Source of the DNA: Candidatus Omnitrophota bacterium
GTDB lineage: Bacteria > Omnitrophota > Gorgyraeia > Gygaellales > Profunditerraquicolaceae
Direction: 5' to 3'
Length of the DNA: 64,000 bases
Assembly (NCBI GenBank): GCA_041651035.1
Contig: JBAZKC010000001.1
Coordinates: 195,244-259,243, forward strand
Numbering within the stretch: position 1 is the stretch's first letter; every line of letters starts with the position of its first letter. This document shows, piece by piece, positions 29,944-40,075 of this stretch. The notes under the pieces were generated by a model. That model was not told the DNA's origin. It worked only from the letters and a program-made list of their open reading frames with translations, and searched no databases. The position numbers and the translations under genes were made by a program.

Positions 29944-30921
29944 CTATCGCTCTATCTTGGTAAAAATCATTCTTCCCGTTTGCGTCTGCAGGACTGAAGT
30001 AACTACTACCCTTACTTCCTGCCCGATAAGCCGGCGCGCCTCTTCTATCACCACCATCGTCCCGTCGTCTAAGTATCCGACTGCCTGGTTATGCTCTTTG
30101 CCCTCTTTGATCAATTTTATCTGCATCTCTTCTCCCGGAAAAACTACGGGCCTTAAGGCATTTGCCAGTTCATTTATATTAAGCACTTGTATGCCCTGTA
30201 TGGTCGCTACGCGGTTTAAATTAAAATCAACTGTCAATATCTTTGCTTCCAATAACTTGGCAAGTTTTACCAGCTTGGCGTCCACTTCCGAGGTCTCCGG
30301 GAAATCTCCGTCGTGCAGCGATATATCCAGCCCCGATTCCTTCTGCAGGCTATGAAGCATTTCCAATCCGCGCCTGCCTCTCTGGCGCTTTATGGGATCG
30401 GTCGAATCAGCGATCTGTTGCAATTCTTTTAACACAAACTTGGGAATGATCATCTTGTCCGCTAAAAACTTTGTTTTACAGATATCCAGGATCCGGCCGT
30501 CGATGATCACGCTTGTATCCAGCAAAACAGAACTTTCAGACGTATCCTGCCTGTGGAGTTTTACATAAGGAATAATAACATTAAATTCATCTTTACCGCG
30601 CAGTCCTATCAACATTCCGATATAACAAAAAACCAGGGTGAGGGCCAGCCTTATTTGAGAAAGGGAGCCCTGCGAGATAGGTACCAGGCTAAAGGCGTCA
30701 CCGACTAATTTTGCCATAATCAGGCCTAATATGAGCCCGAACACAATACTAGAAAGCCCTTTTAACGACGCCTTACGCATATGGATCTCAATAATTACGA
30801 TTATACCTGCGACTAAAACCCCCGCGGCAGCTCCTATGAAACCGTATGGTTCCGGTGCCCGATAGTAACCGACTATTAAGCCAGCTATTAAAAATAAAAT
30901 ACGCGCCACAAATAAATTCAT
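29944..30921 (-). CDS. membrane-anchored PIN + TRAM domain protein (YacL-like)
   Basis: N-terminal TM helices, PIN-like core, C-terminal TRAM. Confidence 0.6.
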   Translation of the reverse strand: MNLFVARILFLIAGLIVGYYRAPEPYGFIGAAAGVLVAGIIVIIEIHMRKASLKGLSSIVFGLILGLIMAKLVGDAFSLVPISQGSLSQIRLALTLVFCYIGMLIGLRGKDEFNVIIPYVKLHRQDTSESSVLLDTSVIIDGRILDICKTKFLADKMIIPKFVLKELQQIADSTDPIKRQRGRRGLEMLHSLQKESGLDISLHDGDFPETSEVDAKLVKLAKLLEAKILTVDFNLNRVATIQGIQVLNINELANALRPVVFPGEEMQIKLIKEGKEHNQAVGYLDDGTMVVIEEARRLIGQEVRVVVTSVLQTQTGRMIFTKIER

Positions 30922-30953
30922 ATATTACCTCCTCCGCCTGCCGAAAGACAGGC

Positions 30954-32336
30954 CTACTTGCTGTTAGGCAAGCTTAATACTATATCCAACGCCTCTTTTA
31001 ATGTCGAGACAGGAGATAGCTCTATCGCTTTCTTGCCCAGGTTTAAATTCTTGTAATTGTTCCTCGGCAAGATGCAGTGTTTAAATCCTAATTTTTCCGC
31101 TTCATTTATACGTAAAGCTGCCTGGGATATACTCCTGATCTCGCCTGCCAATCCGACTTCCCCTAAGACCACTGTATCGGGCATAACCCGCTGGTCACGA
31201 AAAGCTGAAGAGACAGCAACAGCCACGCCCAGATCCGCTCCCGGGTCTTCGATCTTTATCCCTCCGGCGGCATTTACAAAGATGTCTTCAGCCTCAAGCG
31301 ATAAGCCGATGCGTTTCTCCAGCACAGCGACTAATAACACCAGCCGGTTGTAATCAAAACCCTGGGCGCGCCTGCTGGCATAGCCGAAACTGGACCTGCT
31401 TACTAATGACTGGACTTCTACTAAAAGCGGCCGGGACCCTTCCAATATCGAAACAACCACCGAGCCGGAAACATCTTTGGGCCTTTCTGACAAAAATATT
31501 TCCGAAGGATTCTTGACCTCCGATAACCCTGCCGAACCCATTTCGAATACGCCTATCTCATTAGTAGAGCCGAATCTGTTTTTCACCGCCCGCAAGATCC
31601 TGTATACCGAGAACCTGTCTCCTTCAAAATAAAGCACAGTATCTACAATATGTTCTAAGACCCTGGGCCCGGCAAGAGTACCTTCTTTAGTCACATGGCC
31701 GATGATAAAAATGGATGTGCCGCTGGTCTTAGCCAGCTGGGTAAGTAAACCGGCGCATTCTCTTACCTGGCTGACACTCCCGGGAGAAGAACTGATAGAC
31801 GGTTCAAAGCAGACCTGTATAGAATCAACTATTACCACGTCAGGGCCGATCTTTTTTATATATTCCATGATCAAAGACAGGTCTGTCTGATTAACTATGT
31901 ATAGATTGCCCGATTCCAGCGACCCTAAACGCCTGGCCCTTAATTTTGTCTGGGCTATGGATTCCTCTCCGCTTACATAAAGAACAGTTTTACCCTGCCG
32001 GGTCAGCTGATTAGAGATCTGTAATGACACCGTGGATTTACCAACCCCGGGGTCCCCGCCGATCAACACCACCGACCCTCTTACTATCCCTCCGCCTAAT
32101 ACCCTGTCTAATTCCAGTATACCGGTTTTAAGGCGGTTCTCCTCCTGGGCCTGGACATCCTTTAATAAGACTGGTTCATCTTTATATAACGCGGACCTTT
32201 CTCTGGGCTTGGCAGCGGATAAGGCGTAGTCTTCTTCCACCAGAGAATTCCAACTGCTGCAATCAGGGCACCTGCCCAGCCATTTAGGCGACTGGTAACC
32301 GCAGTTTTGACAACTGAATATTGTCTTGGTCTTCAT
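30954..32336 (-). CDS. radA: DNA repair protein RadA
   Basis: N-terminal C4 zinc finger CQNCGY...CPDC, RecA-like P-loop, Lon-like C-term. Confidence 0.9.
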   Translation of the reverse strand: MKTKTIFSCQNCGYQSPKWLGRCPDCSSWNSLVEEDYALSAAKPRERSALYKDEPVLLKDVQAQEENRLKTGILELDRVLGGGIVRGSVVLIGGDPGVGKSTVSLQISNQLTRQGKTVLYVSGEESIAQTKLRARRLGSLESGNLYIVNQTDLSLIMEYIKKIGPDVVIVDSIQVCFEPSISSSPGSVSQVRECAGLLTQLAKTSGTSIFIIGHVTKEGTLAGPRVLEHIVDTVLYFEGDRFSVYRILRAVKNRFGSTNEIGVFEMGSAGLSEVKNPSEIFLSERPKDVSGSVVVSILEGSRPLLVEVQSLVSRSSFGYASRRAQGFDYNRLVLLVAVLEKRIGLSLEAEDIFVNAAGGIKIEDPGADLGVAVAVSSAFRDQRVMPDTVVLGEVGLAGEIRSISQAALRINEAEKLGFKHCILPRNNYKNLNLGKKAIELSPVSTLKEALDIVLSLPNSK

Positions 32337-32340
32337 ATAA

Positions 32341-32952
32341 CTATCTATTCTCTTTTGTCTTTATGAGTAATTTCCAGGGATGTTTCCTTATATCGATAAC
32401 CAGCGCTTCCAATTCGTTATATATTTTATCATCATAAAGGAGCTTGCCGATGGTGCCTTCCTTATTATTTATCCTGTTGATGCCTTGGTCTAACCCGTCG
32501 GCGATTTTCTTGGCTAAGACCGTTACCTCATGCATAGGCACGGGATCCTGCCCCGCTAATTTTTGATTAGCAGCCAGGTATTCATTTTTATTGCCGGGCA
32601 TGATCTCAACATATTTCTCTCCTAAGAGGCCTAATGTGTTGACCCAGATAGTGGAATCAACCGGTATCTTAACACTGCTTTTTACCCAGCAGAGCACCTG
32701 GACTCTAGGCTTTAGCTGGGTGGTATCCTTAACCAGGTTAATACGCTTAATCTGGCCTACGTCAACGCCTGAAAACCTGACCGGGGCTCCTATTTTTATG
32801 CCATTTACGAAGTTAAACATAAACTTGATCTCGTAGCCTGAAGTCCAGGTCTTAAAACCTCCTATAGATAAAACAAACACGGCCAGGATCATCAAGCCCG
32901 CGAAGACAAAAACCCCTACTTTTAATTCCAGTTTTGTTTTCCCGAATATCAT
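32341..32952 (-). CDS. mlaD: MlaD (MCE-domain) protein
   Basis: N-terminal TM + MCE domain; operon with mlaE/mlaF. Confidence 0.65.
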   Translation of the reverse strand: MIFGKTKLELKVGVFVFAGLMILAVFVLSIGGFKTWTSGYEIKFMFNFVNGIKIGAPVRFSGVDVGQIKRINLVKDTTQLKPRVQVLCWVKSSVKIPVDSTIWVNTLGLLGEKYVEIMPGNKNEYLAANQKLAGQDPVPMHEVTVLAKKIADGLDQGINRINNKEGTIGKLLYDDKIYNELEALVIDIRKHPWKLLIKTKENR

Positions 32953-32973
32953 TTTATGCCTCCATTATCTGAT

Positions 32974-33735
32974 TTACTTAAATTGCTCCAGGGTCTCTGT
33001 TATGGGCCCGTGGCTTAAGCCGTTTATGAATTGGCGCACTACAGGATGCTCGGTATTCTGGATCTCTTCCGGCGTGCCTTCCGCTATGATCTTACCCTGA
33101 TACATCATAGCTATCCTGTCTCCTACTTTATAGGCGCTCTTCATATCGTGAGTTACTACGATAGAGGTGACCTTCAATTTATCATGCAGGCTTTTTATCA
33201 GTTCATTTATATTGTCGGCGGTAATAGGGTCAACTCCGGTCGTGGGCTCATCATAAAGTATTATCTTGGGGTTTATGCATATCGCCCTGGCTAAAGCCAC
33301 GCGTTTTTTCATGCCTCCGCTTAATTCAGAAGGCATTAAATTTCCGATACCGCATAAACCCACCAGGCACAATGCTTCTTCCGCTTTTTCCAATAATTCT
33401 TTAGGGCTGATGTGGCCGTGCTCGATAAAACTAAACCCCACGTTCTCCGCCACAGTCAGGGAATCAAAAAGAGCCCCTCCCTGAAAAACCATCCCGACCT
33501 GCATGCGCAGGTCGTTTAAGTCTTCCCGGTTAAAACCCGTGATTTCTTTGGCATTGATAAATATTTTTCCTTTATCGGGCTTAAGCAGGCCGATGACGTG
33601 TTTTAAAAGGACGGATTTCCCGCAGCCGGAGCGCCCTATTACCACACAGGTTTCGCCTGTATTTATCTTAAGGCTTAGTTCATCTAAGACCCTGCGGTTA
33701 TTAAAACTCTTGCTTATCCCTGAGATCTCTATCAT
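32974..33735 (-). CDS. mlaF: ABC transporter ATP-binding protein MlaF
   Basis: Walker A GRSGCGKS, LSGGMKKR signature. Confidence 0.75.
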   Translation of the reverse strand: MIEISGISKSFNNRRVLDELSLKINTGETCVVIGRSGCGKSVLLKHVIGLLKPDKGKIFINAKEITGFNREDLNDLRMQVGMVFQGGALFDSLTVAENVGFSFIEHGHISPKELLEKAEEALCLVGLCGIGNLMPSELSGGMKKRVALARAICINPKIILYDEPTTGVDPITADNINELIKSLHDKLKVTSIVVTHDMKSAYKVGDRIAMMYQGKIIAEGTPEEIQNTEHPVVRQFINGLSHGPITETLEQFK

Positions 33736-33748
33736 AAGTTATGCCTAT

Positions 33749-34534
33749 TTAAGGGAAAATAAAATAAAACAACGCTGTAAAGAAACAGTCGGCAACGATG
33801 ATCATGATGAATGCCGTAACCACCGAACGGGTAGTAGCGCGGCCGACACCCTCTGCCCCGCCTTCCACGTTAAAGCCTTCATGGCAGCTTACCAGAGCAA
33901 TGATCATGCCGAAGAATACCGACTTAAGAATACCGGTAAAAAGATCTTTATAAAATAAAGAATCAAAAGTAACGTGCAGGTACATACTGGAAGATATGCC
34001 CAGTTTATACACACAGATCAAATAACTGCCGAATATGCCGATTGCGTCGGCATACACTGTCAATAAAGGCAGCATCAGGCTTAAGGCCAGAAAACGGGGG
34101 ACAACCAGATATTTTATGGGATTTACGGCTAAGGTCTCCAGCGCGTCTATCTGTTCGGTAACCTGCATCGAGCCTAACTCCGCGGTTATAGAAGCGCCTA
34201 CCCTGCCTGCCACCACCAGCGCGGTAATAACCGGCCCCAGTTCTCTTACAACAGAAAGAGCGACCATGCTGGCGATATAGAGTTCGGAACCTATGCGCTG
34301 CATAAAATACGCGGTCTGCAGGGCAAAAATAAAACCGATAAACAAGGCGACCAGCGATACTATAGGGAAGCTGTCGTAACCAGCTTTTTTCGCCTGTTCA
34401 AAAATATGGTCTCTTTTTAAGGGGGGGGTAAATGTCAAATAAAGAGTCTGGGCTGTCAGATTAGCCAGCCCCCCGCAAAAATACAAGAAGGAAAGGATCC
34501 TGCTGCCGAAATTTATGAAAAAATTATCTATCAT
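33749..34534 (-). CDS. mlaE: ABC transporter permease MlaE
   Basis: MlaE-like 261 aa permease. Confidence 0.75.
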   Translation of the reverse strand: MIDNFFINFGSRILSFLYFCGGLANLTAQTLYLTFTPPLKRDHIFEQAKKAGYDSFPIVSLVALFIGFIFALQTAYFMQRIGSELYIASMVALSVVRELGPVITALVVAGRVGASITAELGSMQVTEQIDALETLAVNPIKYLVVPRFLALSLMLPLLTVYADAIGIFGSYLICVYKLGISSSMYLHVTFDSLFYKDLFTGILKSVFFGMIIALVSCHEGFNVEGGAEGVGRATTRSVVTAFIMIIVADCFFTALFYFIFP

Positions 34535-36951
34535 GATTCGAAAAGTAACTCGTCGTTCTTACGCGAGACTTTCACGAGAGAGCCGCTCTTGAATTTCTTT
34601 GAGATTATCTCGGATGCCAGCGGGTCTTCCAAAAATCTCTGTATCGTCCTTTTTAAGGGCCTGGCGCCGAAGACAGGATCAAAACCTTTTTCGATAAGCA
34701 GATCCTTTGCCTCCAGGCTTACCTCTAGGCCTATATTCTGCTCACGCAGCCTTTCAGCTACGTGGCTGATCTCAATATCAATGATACGCTGTAGGTCCTC
34801 TTTGACCAGCTGCCGGAAAACAATTATATCGTCTATGCGGTTTAAGAATTCCGGTTTAAAGGTCCTCTTTACCTCCTCAAGCAATTTATCCTTCATCTCC
34901 TGGTAAGTGATCTCTTCCTTCTGGGTTTTAAAACCAAGAGAGCCGGTCTTGCGGATCAATTCCGCTCCGACATTGGAAGTCATAATAATGATCGTATTCC
35001 GGAAATCAACTTTTCTGCCGAAGCTATCCGTAAGCCGCCCGTCTTCGAATACCTGAAGGAGCAGGTTAAATACATCCGGATGCGCTTTCTCGATCTCATC
35101 TAATAGTATAACCGAGTAAGGCCTGCGCCTCACCTTTTCAGTAAGCTGTCCTCCCTCTTCATAGCCCACGTATCCCGGAGGAGCTCCTATTAAACGGGAA
35201 ACGTTGAATTTCTCCATATATTCTGACATATCCAACTGTACGAGCGCGTCTTCGTCGCCAAACATGAACTCAGCCAGCACGCGCGCAAGAAGGGTCTTGC
35301 CGACTCCGGTAGGGCCTAGGAATATAAATGAACCAATGGGCCTCTTAGGGTCTTTTATACCGGCGCGCGAACGCCTTACCGCGTGGGCGATCGCCGAAAT
35401 AGGCTCGGCCTGCCCTATTACATGCTTATATAGTTCCTCTTCTATCTTTAATAATTTTTCGCCCTCTTTCTCTTCCAGCCTGACTATGGGTATGCCTGTC
35501 CACTGGGCGACGATCTTGGCGATATCTTCTTCTGTTACTTCCGGCCGTGTCTTATCTTTGGTCTGGGACCATTCGCGGTTTAACTGCTCTAATTCCTGGC
35601 GCGCGCCCCTCTCCTGGTCCCTTAACGATGCCGCCTTCTCAAAATCCTGGCTTTTTATATACGCCTCTTTTTCCTTGCGCAGCGCTTCTACTTTTGCTTC
35701 CAATTTCTTTATATCCGGAGGCACAACCAGAACATTCAGCCTCGCCCGGGAACCTGCCTCATCCATTAAATCGATCGCCTTATCAGGCAGGAACCTGCCT
35801 GAAATATAACGGTCGGATAACTTTGCTGCCGCCTCAAGCGCATCGTCGCGAAACGTTACGCGGTGATGCGCTTCATACTTATCACGCAGCCCCTTTAATA
35901 TTTCCACGGTCTGATCTACGGTAGGAGGCTCAACCATGATAGTCTGGAACCTTCTCTCTAACGCGGCATCTTTCTCAATATACTTTCTGTATTCATCAAT
36001 AGTGGTGGCTCCGATGCATTGCATTTCTCCGCGGGAAAGCGCGGGTTTTAAGATATTGGAAGCGTCTATAGCGCCTTCAGCGGCACCCGCCCCTACCAAT
36101 GTATGCAGCTCGTCGATAAATATAATGACATCCTGGGAACGTTTTATCTCTTCCATTACCGCTTTGATCCTCTCTTCAAACTGCCCGCGGTATTTGGTGC
36201 CGGCGACCATTAACGCCAGATCCAGGACAACAATACGCTTATTCCTTAACACCTCCGGGATATTCCCCTCTACAATTGACTGCGCCATGCCTTCGACTAT
36301 GGCGGTTTTACCCACGCCTGCCTCGCCTAATAATACTGGATTATTTTTGGTGCGCCGGCTTAATACCTGTATAACCCGTTCTATCTCCAGGTGCCTGTCG
36401 ATTACCGGATCAAGCTTATTTTCTTTTGCCAGCGCGGTCAGATCACGGCCAAAGGCATCCAGCGCCGGAGTCTTGGTCTTGGCCTGTTGTCCCCCCTGGC
36501 CAAAACTGGGTAAAGCAGAACCCAGAAGCTCCATTACTTCGCTCCTCACTGTATTTAAATCCATCCCTAAATTCAATAATACCTGCGAAGCTATGCCTTC
36601 GCCTTCGCGGATAAGCCCCAGTAGGAGATGTTCGGTGCCGATATAATTATGCCCTAAAGAACGCGCCTCTTCAGCCGCCAGCTCCAGCGCTTTCTTGGCG
36701 CGCGGAGTAAAAGGTATATCTCCGATGATCTGGGTGGTCGGGCCGGGCTGGACCAGCTTTTCGATCTCCAGGCGTATGTTCTCTAAAGAAACACCCATCT
36801 TTTCCAATACCGCCGAGGCCACGCCTTCGCCTTCGCGGATAAGCCCTAATAATATATGTTCCGTGCCGATATAATCATGATTAAAACGCCTGGCTTCTTC
36901 TTTGGCTAAAATGATTACTTTTCTTGCTCTCTCGGTAAACCTGTTAAACAT
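34531..36951 (-). CDS. clpC: ATP-dependent Clp protease ATP-binding subunit ClpC
   Basis: double Clp-N repeats, two AAA+ modules, UVR motif; 806 aa. Confidence 0.85.
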   Translation of the reverse strand: MFNRFTERARKVIILAKEEARRFNHDYIGTEHILLGLIREGEGVASAVLEKMGVSLENIRLEIEKLVQPGPTTQIIGDIPFTPRAKKALELAAEEARSLGHNYIGTEHLLLGLIREGEGIASQVLLNLGMDLNTVRSEVMELLGSALPSFGQGGQQAKTKTPALDAFGRDLTALAKENKLDPVIDRHLEIERVIQVLSRRTKNNPVLLGEAGVGKTAIVEGMAQSIVEGNIPEVLRNKRIVVLDLALMVAGTKYRGQFEERIKAVMEEIKRSQDVIIFIDELHTLVGAGAAEGAIDASNILKPALSRGEMQCIGATTIDEYRKYIEKDAALERRFQTIMVEPPTVDQTVEILKGLRDKYEAHHRVTFRDDALEAAAKLSDRYISGRFLPDKAIDLMDEAGSRARLNVLVVPPDIKKLEAKVEALRKEKEAYIKSQDFEKAASLRDQERGARQELEQLNREWSQTKDKTRPEVTEEDIAKIVAQWTGIPIVRLEEKEGEKLLKIEEELYKHVIGQAEPISAIAHAVRRSRAGIKDPKRPIGSFIFLGPTGVGKTLLARVLAEFMFGDEDALVQLDMSEYMEKFNVSRLIGAPPGYVGYEEGGQLTEKVRRRPYSVILLDEIEKAHPDVFNLLLQVFEDGRLTDSFGRKVDFRNTIIIMTSNVGAELIRKTGSLGFKTQKEEITYQEMKDKLLEEVKRTFKPEFLNRIDDIIVFRQLVKEDLQRIIDIEISHVAERLREQNIGLEVSLEAKDLLIEKGFDPVFGARPLKRTIQRFLEDPLASEIISKKFKSGSLVKVSRKNDELLFES

Positions 36952-36962
36952 ACTACCTCCCG

Positions 36963-38015
36963 TTATAATATTTTTAATCTATCCCTGATCAGATCAGCGC
37001 GTTTTACATCCCGCTCCTGCGCGGAAAGCTTCTTATTTTCTATCTTCTGCAAATGCGCGGGCTGCGTGATAATAAACAATTCATTGATCGCGGCCCGGTT
37101 GATATCTTTAAGTACCCCCAGGTCAACTCCTAACCTCACCATAGACAGCAGTTCTATCGTCTCCTGGCTGGATATGATATAGGCGCTCTTAAGTATGCCC
37201 AGGCTGCGGTTTATCCTGTCTTCTAAGACCGCCTTGTTTTTAGAAAGCATCACTTCCCTTGCCTGATTTTCCTGCTCTATGATCTGGCGGATGATCCCAT
37301 TAATACTGTTAATGATCTCGTCTTCACTGTGCCCTAAAGAAACCTGATTGGAGATCTGGAAAAAGTTACCGCTTGCCTGCGTGCCTTCACCATACAGCCC
37401 CCGCGTGGCAAAACTCAATTTCGCGATGGCGGCTAATACGCGGTCTATCTGATGGGTCATTACCAGCGCCGGCAGATGCAGCATTACCGAACCGCGCATA
37501 CCCGTGCCTGTATTCGTAGGGCAGGCTGTAAGATACCCCCACTCCTGGCTGAAGGCAAAAGGCAGTTCTTTGTTCATGCTCTCGTCTATTTCGTTGATAA
37601 TATTCCAGGCTTCAAAGAGATTAAACCCCGACTGCATTACCTGCATGCGGATATGGTCCTCTTCATTTATCATTATAGACACGATCTCTTCATTATCTAT
37701 CACTACCGCTTTATGATTTGTTTTCTGGGCATGCTCCAAAGACATAAGATGCCTTTCTACCAGGAATTGCTTATCTATACTATCCAGATCCGCCAGCCTG
37801 AATATGGTTGTCTGTTTCAAGTAGTTGATCTTAGAGACGGCCTCTTCAACTGTCGTTAAAACCTGCTCGCCCTGTTTTTTATCCGCCCAGTGCGGAAAAG
37901 CCATTCCCTCCAGATTCCTGGCCAGGCGTATACGGCTGGAAATCACAATATCCGAATTAGGGCCTGTGCTCTTAAGCCATTCACTGGTATGTTTTAGAAG
38001 ATCACTCAGTTCCAT
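36963..38015 (-). CDS. mcsB: protein arginine kinase McsB (ATP:guanido phosphotransferase)
   Basis: phosphagen-kinase-like domain; position between mcsA and clpC. Confidence 0.85.
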   Translation of the reverse strand: MELSDLLKHTSEWLKSTGPNSDIVISSRIRLARNLEGMAFPHWADKKQGEQVLTTVEEAVSKINYLKQTTIFRLADLDSIDKQFLVERHLMSLEHAQKTNHKAVVIDNEEIVSIMINEEDHIRMQVMQSGFNLFEAWNIINEIDESMNKELPFAFSQEWGYLTACPTNTGTGMRGSVMLHLPALVMTHQIDRVLAAIAKLSFATRGLYGEGTQASGNFFQISNQVSLGHSEDEIINSINGIIRQIIEQENQAREVMLSKNKAVLEDRINRSLGILKSAYIISSQETIELLSMVRLGVDLGVLKDINRAAINELFIITQPAHLQKIENKKLSAQERDVKRADLIRDRLKIL

Positions 38016-38505
38016 TCTTCTCCATCTCTTTTATCTGATCGCGTATCTTGGCGGCCTCTTCAAACGCCTCCGCCTCAATTTTATTCTGAAGCTTAGCGCG
38101 CAACTCGCGCAGGCCTTCTTCTTTCTTCGGAGACTTAACAGCCTTAAAAGGAGACTTACCGAGATGCTGGCCTGAACCGTGTATCCTTTTTAACAAAGGC
38201 CCGAGGTATTTCTTGAATGAATTATAGCATTCCCCGCATCCTAACCGGCCTATCTTTTTAAAATCCGCGAAGGTAAGGCCGCAGCTTGCGCATTTAACGG
38301 CTACCAAAGCCTCCGCTTCTTTAGTATTGGGCTTGGTAAATTCTGTCATACCGGCCAAGAGGTCGCTTAATCCGAATTGCTGCTCCATCTGCGCGTTCTT
38401 CTGGCGCGCGCACTCTTCGCATAAGTGCAGCTCATTCATTTGCTCGTCTATGATTTCCGTCAGATGCACGGTCGCCGGATTCTTACCGCAGATATCGCAT
38501 AACAT
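38002..38505 (-). CDS. mcsA: McsA-like activator (CxxC zinc fingers + UVR domain)
   Basis: CDICGK..CEEC, CASCG..CGEC pairs and UVR-like C-terminus. Confidence 0.7.
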   Translation of the reverse strand: MLCDICGKNPATVHLTEIIDEQMNELHLCEECARQKNAQMEQQFGLSDLLAGMTEFTKPNTKEAEALVAVKCASCGLTFADFKKIGRLGCGECYNSFKKYLGPLLKRIHGSGQHLGKSPFKAVKSPKKEEGLRELRAKLQNKIEAEAFEEAAKIRDQIKEMEKNGTE

Positions 38506-39374
38506 TAATATCTTACTCCTTCTTCTTTTGTCAGCTCCTTGAATTTCTTCATGATATCCAAGGTGAGCTTACCGGGTTTGCCTGTGCCGATAACACGGCC
38601 ATCGACATTAACCACGGGGATGATCTCCGCCGCTGTCCCGGTCAGGAAACACTCATCGGAAATATACACCTCATGGCGGGTGATCACATGTTCGTGCACG
38701 GGTATCCCATTGTTCCGGGAGATCTCTAATACCGCGTCGCGGGTAATGCCTCTTAATGTCCCCATGCACTGCGGAGGAGTATAGAGATGGTCGCGTTTTA
38801 CAATAAAGATATTATCCCCGGTGCACTCGGCGACATAGCCTAAAGAATCCAGCATTATTGCCTCATCAAAACCGGCGTTGCCCGCCTCAATCTTGGCTAA
38901 GATATTATTCAAATAATTCAATGATTTGATCTGAGGGTTTAACGCCTCAGGCAGGTTCCTTATTGTGGGCACGGTAATTATTCTTAATCCTTCCTTGTAT
39001 AACTTTTCCGGATACAGCGCTATTTTGTCGGCGATGATTATAACTGTAGCACCCCCCGTGCATTTACGCGGGTCTAATCCCAGGTCTCCTTCGCCGCGCG
39101 TAACTATCAGCCTGATATAAGCGTCCTTAAGATTATTCGCTTTTAAAGCCGCGACAACCGCCTTGATCATCTGCCCCCTGGTCAAAGGGATCTTCAACAT
39201 TATGCTCTGCGCTGATTCAAAAAGCCGGTCAATATGTTCTTTTAACTTAAATACCAGGCGATTATAAGAACGTATGCCCTCAAAAACTCCGTCGCCGTAT
39301 AAAAGCCCGTGGTCAAACACAGAGATCTTTGCTTTATTCTTCTCATAAAATTTACCGTTGATATAGATCTTCAT
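38505..39374 (-). CDS. ilvE: branched-chain/D-amino-acid aminotransferase (class IV)
   Basis: class IV aminotransferase N-terminus YGDGVFEGIR. Confidence 0.8.
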   Translation of the reverse strand: MKIYINGKFYEKNKAKISVFDHGLLYGDGVFEGIRSYNRLVFKLKEHIDRLFESAQSIMLKIPLTRGQMIKAVVAALKANNLKDAYIRLIVTRGEGDLGLDPRKCTGGATVIIIADKIALYPEKLYKEGLRIITVPTIRNLPEALNPQIKSLNYLNNILAKIEAGNAGFDEAIMLDSLGYVAECTGDNIFIVKRDHLYTPPQCMGTLRGITRDAVLEISRNNGIPVHEHVITRHEVYISDECFLTGTAAEIIPVVNVDGRVIGTGKPGKLTLDIMKKFKELTKEEGVRY

Positions 39375-39392
39375 GCCGCCTCCTCCCTATGC

Positions 39393-40067
39393 CTAATTCA
39401 CGAGTACGCCGTCTCTTAAATAATATACCTTATCCGCTGTTTTTGTTAAATCTATATTATGCGTCACTAAAACAACCGTCATTTGGTTTTCCAGGTTTAT
39501 TTTCCTGATCAAAGAAATTATTTCGTCTCCGGTCTTGGAATCAAGGTTCCCCGTCGGCTCATCGCACAAAAGAAGGCTCGGGCGGTTAACCAGGCTGCGG
39601 ACAATGGACACTCTCTGCTTTTCCCCTCCCGAGAGCTGATTGGGGAAATGCGTGGTCCTTTGGCCTAAGCCCACCTCTTCTAAAAGGCTCAACGCGTTTT
39701 CCCGCATACTGCAGCTTGAGGAGCGCGGCTTGCGGTTGATCAACGCGGGCATAAGCACATTCTCTAAAACCGTAAACTCCGATAATAGATGGTAAAATTG
39801 GAACGCGAAGCCTATTTTTCTATTTCTTACCGCGGAGATCTCGGCGTCGTTTAACCGGTAGATATCTTCCTCTTCAAAAATAACCCTGCCTTCCGTAGGC
39901 ATATCCAGCCCGCCTAATATATGCAGCAGCGTGGACTTACCCGCGCCTGAAGGCCCCACGATAGCCACAAACCTGCCCTTCTCTATGCGTAGATCTATGC
40001 CCTTTAGGACTGCCAGGGATTTCTTGCCGTTATTATAAACCTTGCGGATATTCTTTGCCTCTAACAT
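39393..40067 (-). CDS. lolD: lipoprotein-releasing ABC ATPase LolD
   Basis: Walker A GPSGAGKST, LSGGEKQR. Confidence 0.75.
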   Translation of the reverse strand: MLEAKNIRKVYNNGKKSLAVLKGIDLRIEKGRFVAIVGPSGAGKSTLLHILGGLDMPTEGRVIFEEEDIYRLNDAEISAVRNRKIGFAFQFYHLLSEFTVLENVLMPALINRKPRSSSCSMRENALSLLEEVGLGQRTTHFPNQLSGGEKQRVSIVRSLVNRPSLLLCDEPTGNLDSKTGDEIISLIRKINLENQMTVVLVTHNIDLTKTADKVYYLRDGVLVN

Positions 40068-40075
40068 AAAGGTCC

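Noticed and set aside
35204-36646. Long antisense ORFs inside clpC (35204..35809, 35547..35924, 35936..36646) and similar antisense ORFs inside most large genes
   Set aside because: These are typical shadow ORFs opposite well-conserved genes in GC-biased codon positions. They have low-complexity, Ser/Pro/Arg-rich translations.
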